NCBI GenBank assembly: GCA_012295275.1
Contig: CM022673.1
Span: 18,414,001 to 18,478,000, forward strand
Length of the DNA: 64,000 nucleotides
Reading direction: 5' to 3'
Origin: Chrysomallon squamiferum
Lineage: Eukaryota; Animalia; Mollusca
Positions 40,011 through 64,000 of this stretch are shown here, piece by piece. A program made the position numbers and the translations under genes. The notes below the pieces were generated by a model. It was given only the letters and a program-made list of their open reading frames with translations, did no database searches and was not told the origin of the DNA. The stretch's first letter is position 1. Each line of letters starts with the position of its first letter.

Positions 40011-41548
40011 TTATACACCTTTTCAAAATTCGGTAGAAAAATATGTGATTAGACCAGGCTAGGTATATTTAATATCACACATCACCCATTAGTTGGCAGA
40101 ACTGTACTTAGTACAGCCAATAGTTTCCTTTTATTCTAGATAGTACCTTAGAAAATGTATGTATTTTCTAAGGAAAAGGGATAGTAAAAGATATCTTGCT
40201 ACTAAATGCAGAGGTTTTCTATGTAAGTGTAAAAATATCATCTAATAATTATCTCAGACTGTGAAACATTCAGTTGCTAGCATTATACTACAAAAGGAGG
40301 AATGAATGACATGTGGATGGACATTTTGACAAACATCTGTCAAGTGATTATTTAACAATAAAATATTCTAATTGCCATCTTGATTTTTGTTTTAAATGAA
40401 AAAAACATTATACTTAATTCTTAGATGCATGCACACATATTATTTCAAACTGAAATACACTGATTGCTGTAAATATGTTACTGTTAACAATGCCATTGGA
40501 TAAATTTGTTAAACAGGAAAAAAAACTGAAACATTATTATTAAACATTTTGGGATTTTGAGGTAGTTAAAAAATTACTCTCACAATTGTCTAAAAAAGAT
40601 AAATAATAAAAGAACAAATTAAAAAGTATTTATTCAGTGTATGTATATTTTTAAATTGGATCCACAAATGTTAGTAAAGTAAATACAAAAAACCCATTTA
40701 ATTAAATATTCAAAAATACATCTATAAAATATGTAATATATAAGCATGATTTACAGACACTGAAGATAGAAACGTGAGGAAAATGAAAAAAGATAATTCA
40801 TTAAGCCTAATATTCACAATTATGAATAAATAATTCAGGATCAAGCAGAAATATTTCAGTTAAAGAACGTAAAATATTCTGTATATTGTGGTAAATAATA
40901 TAAATAAATATGAGTAAAATGTAATAGCAGTTTTATGAATCAAAACATCTAAAATACAATGAATCAGCAAATCAATAATACAGTTGAGTAAACGTAACAC
41001 TGAAGCATGCAAAACTATGATAATATCTGCTCCTAGAAACCATTGTTACTTTTGTCTTTCGCTGTATAGAAAAGTAATAAATTATACCTACATTTTTGTA
41101 AACAGCACCTTTAAAATATGATGAACAGGACCAAACAAAAAACAGATATTGAGATTTTTGCAGTTAAAATGATTTAACTTTCAAAATACTTGATTTCATT
41201 ACTTATTTAAAGTGTATATTATAATGATGCAAACAAATACATTACGTATTAATATATTTTATGAACTGATCATTTTATTTCTTTGTAGATTTTAACTAAT
41301 ATTCTCAAATGGATTGAGGATATAATATGTTTTCCATGATTTAGTTATTTTACTGGAACTTTCCTTTATACTGTATAATAAATGAAATCAAAGTAGATAG
41401 AGAAAATGCACCCTGTAAATATTTTACTATCAAACTGTTATTGTGAGAATCTTTCCCTACGTATGACAAAACAATAATTTGAATGTATACATGATTTATA
41501 TCATCAAAGGTACAGTATAAAACTTCCCTTTCTGATAGCAACTTTTTT

Positions 41549-43130
<1,582 letters not shown>

Positions 43131-43939
43131 CGCGCCGACATTTGACCGGCGAACCAGCTCCAAACATTAAAATTCCGCTTTCGCTTTTGATTACGTTTTC
43201 ATTTATGTCGCTTACAACAAAATAACAAATAAGAAGAAAACGTTTACAGAAAGTGAAAAGAGTTACTGTTCATTTGATATTCACAAAAATGAATTCCATA
43301 ATTATAATACAAAGAAAAACACGGCACTTTTTTTTTTTTTTTTTGCATAAGATTTTAACGAATGTTATTCCTTTTACTAATTTTAGATTTTGCATTAAGT
43401 ATTCAAGCAAGGGAAATAATTCATAGTCTAAAAGGTCCTCCTTTGTTTCGTAATACATATGTCACAAAAGTCTTTAAATATATTCAGTCAATCAAAATTT
43501 AATTGAGAACCCATATTTGATTGTTGACACAGTGATGTTACATACAAAATTAATTTTTAAAAATAAAGAAAGAAAGAAAGAAAAATAACTGAATACAAAA
43601 TTCATTATGATTATATATTTCCGATTAAGAATTATTTATATAACATGTCCAAAGTGTGGAGTGAAAAAGGTATAATTATTACTCTGAGGTGGGTTTCATA
43701 TTTAGAACAACTTTATCGTTTTTTTTAAATTCTTCTTCTTCTTCTTCTTCTTCTATTTTTTTAATTTATTTTTTAATTTATTTTTTTTATATATATAATT
43801 TCATTTTGAAAAGTACGTCAAACAAAATACGTTCACTTCTGTAATGTTGCGTCCGTCCCTTTTTATATTACAATATCAACCCAAATATATTTAATATAAA
43901 GTCATACAATTATTATTATTTTTATACTTATACTTATTA

Positions 43940-43991
<52 letters not shown>

Positions 43992-46185
43992 CACAGTGAA
44001 TCAACAAAATGTGAATTTCCTAATAAAACAAAGCAATAATAAGTAAATAAAATAAAAACAGTAAAATAAAATAAAATATATAAAAACAGAAAATGCAAAT
44101 TTACTGCATGGACATGATGTACAATAAATAAATGCATATAAACACACAAACAAACACATACATACGTCCATACGTACATACATTCCTACGCACATCTGTT
44201 CACTTTAAATTATTTTTCCAAAAACAACAAAAAAGAGACAATATTTTAAATATAATTTATTGATAATAATAACAGTGCAATAATAACATAAATATTGAAA
44301 TTTGAAATTATGAGGAAATAATTTTGTGACTGTTTAGAGTGATTTCTGTAAACTATCATTATTTAGTAAATTAGTAATTTCAGTAAATTAGTTCTTTCAT
44401 TTTCAGATTCATTTTATTTTATTTATTTATTTATTTATTTGTTTGTTTTAAATTGATTTCTTTCAATCTATTCTAAAGGTAAATAAATTATAATCTAGAC
44501 ATTTTCAGAAAAATACCTATCAGAAGAGAGCTGCTAGTGTTTATAATTAGGTTAATAAGGCACAGATGTAATAAATAACGAAATGCTATAAAATGCACGT
44601 GCAGAACAAGTTCAAGCTGAGAAATAGTAATATTTAACTTTATTTATTACTCCTAGTGGCTTCGTGTTCAAAACATCTTTTTTTTATTAAAAACAAATAT
44701 TGACAAACATGCCAAGTTATTTACTTTCTGAATAACATAAAATTATAATTCATGTTACATTTTTAATTTAATTTTGGTTTATTTTATACTATTTATACTA
44801 TTTGTTTGTTTGTTTCTAATAACATATTATGTCCAAATATGTTGTTGAATGTTAAAACGTCTTACACAGTAATACTAGAAAACGTTATTAATGTTTTAAA
44901 AATTGTTTTGAACTGACCACTGTAGGTAGTAATACGTCAAAATGTAACACAATTATCTAACACGTTAACAAATCACAGAGAACAGTCTAAAATCAGCACA
45001 CGACTGATTAAATATGCTTGGAATAGGAAACAGAAACCCTCTGAAAATTTACAAATAAACACTTTAATGTTTATTAGATAAAATGTAAATAACTTTTCAG
45101 TCAGTGACTCTCAGTTTTAAATTGCACAGGTTGAAACATTTCATTTAAATTTAAAGTGTTAAAGTAAAACTTAAGTTGAAATTTAAAGATTATCATATTT
45201 TTAGTTTAGTGTGGGGCAATTGTAGAATGCATTATTATTAGCAGTATTAGTATTATTATCATCATCATCATTATTAAAATTGTTATTCCATGCATGTTTT
45301 AACCATCGTGCACTTCAAATTGCCATATTAGGATCATTACGAACAATCACAATATCTTAATAAAAGAACAAGAAAAATTTAAGAAAATATTGTATTGAAA
45401 TACATAACAAACTATAAAACATATTTAGATATGAATATTTAAAAAAAAAAAAAAAAAAAAAAACCGTATATAAATGACTTTCCCAGAAATGTTTGTAATC
45501 TATAGATTATTATCATCATCATTATCATCATTATTAAATCAGTTTATTGTAAAGAAATTAATAAAAAAATAATTTGTCTTCTGTCGCCTTTGCAACAAAC
45601 TAATATATTCGGAATATATTTATAAAATAAAAATATATATAATCTATGCCTGTAGACTGTGGGTTTGTTATTTATGGATGAACTCTATAGACGATTAAAA
45701 TGTTTCTTATTAAAAAAAAATAAAAAAATATTAAAACATAACAGTAGAGTAAATAAATAATTAAGGATAATATTATTTTTAAAGTAACAAGGCCAATGGA
45801 CGGTTTTCGAAAAGTCTTTGCTCATTTTGGCTATCGACAAAAAAAAAAAAAAAAAAGGAAAGAAAGAAAAAAAAAAAAAATAGAATAAAGATTATCTTTT
45901 TTGCATGACGCCATTTATGCTGCTGAAAACAACATAACGTAGAATTGAATCATGTTTCTGTACATTCTACAGCTGAATTACATTATATCATAGTTAGATA
46001 ACGGCGACATTAAATGTTGTTTCTGTTCGTTTCGCTGTATTGTTTACTGATTAATTTACCCAGCAGATGTTTTCTTTTAGTTTTTTTATTTGTTTGTTGT
46101 CGATGTTCCACCGGGTTTTATACACACAAAAACATCTTTAACAGATTAATAATAATAATAATGATAATAATAATGATATAAAAAA

Positions 46186-46227
<42 letters not shown>

Positions 46228-46892
46228 AATAAATAAATAAATAAAAAACAAGAGAGAGAAAAAAAGAGTATAAAAGAAAAGTTTCATTAATCATGTCCTA
46301 CTCAGGGATATGTAATAGTTTAATAAAAATCTAATTGGTAAAACGTAACAGAAAGTAGAAATAACAAAGGTGATTGACTAGTTTCTTTAACTATGATGCA
46401 TAGAAAGAGTTCTAAGTGATTGCTTCATATGTAAAGTATTTAAAAATTATGAAACTAGAATGATTTATTAATAATAGTTAGTATAAAAATGTATAAAAGA
46501 AATTAGTTTAAATGTTTCATTTTCATCCAGACAAAACAATATACTGCCAAGTCTGAAATGCTTGTTGTCACTTTATGTATTGTAAATAAATGAGTTTCTT
46601 TTGTTGTGTATTTTTCTACCCAGCCCCTGAAATAGTGCAACCACAAATATTAGTTATTTCTACAGCAATAAACAACCAAACAGTAAGAGAATTTGACTTT
46701 GTTATTTAACCTGCGTTGATCGTCAGTGTACATTTAATTCAGACCTTTTATATTTTTTATTTGAATTTATCCTAGTATTTCACAAAATATATTCCAGTCT
46801 GGATATCTGACAAAACTGATATTTTGTTTTAATAACTGATATTTTTTAAAAGTGATCAATTTGTATACATTAATTTGAGTTAAGTCAGATGT

Positions 46893-63779
<16,887 letters not shown>

Positions 63780-64000
63780 CTGAAAGGTCAAAGATCAATA
63801 TAACAGTTAATTATTGTATTGTATTGTATTTTTATTTATTTTATTTCATTTTATTTTATTTTATTTTATTATATTATATTTTTATATTATTTTGTTTTTT
63901 GTTTTATTATATTCGTTTTATTGTTGTTATTGCTCATTTTGTTGCTATTCAACTTCAGTATGTTATTTCAATTTACTTTGTTGTTAAAAAGTCCGTTCAA

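Noticed and set aside
46503-46626. Alternative terminal exon for the REJ/GPS receptor (ttcag|G GGC TGG GTA GAA...)
   Set aside because: The phase is compatible, but there is no homology or other support and the nearer acceptor at 46962 is adequate; RNA data are needed.

Overview
AT-rich, microsatellite-dense, intron-containing animal DNA. An invertebrate origin, plausibly a mollusc, is inferred from style only. I reconstructed the genes by hand using GT/AG boundaries and exon-phase consistency. From left to right: (1) a decayed third fragment plus two intact tandem 7-exon Gfo/Idh/MocA (myo-inositol-dehydrogenase-like) genes on the - strand; (2) a complete integrin beta subunit gene (-, ~797 aa) with a pair of 84-nt duplicated, probably mutually exclusive beta-I-domain exons, separated by an intron holding a long RNA stem that covers a branch-point-like motif; (3) head-to-head with it, a 6-exon serine beta-lactamase/DD-peptidase-fold gene (+, ~670 aa) with intact SxxK/YxN/HTG motifs and five C-terminal ~50-aa repeats like those of polyglycine hydrolases (BTRD1); (4) nurim (-); (5) the last 30 exons of a large single-pass receptor (-) with EGF, Cys-rich DCxGxCGG repeats, IPT/Ig-like, REJ, polycystin-1-type GPS, one TM and a short tail. 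Also present are two MITE-like elements, many microsatellites and several intronic tandem repeats that copy splice sites. Most short ORFs in the supplied track are microsatellite artefacts.
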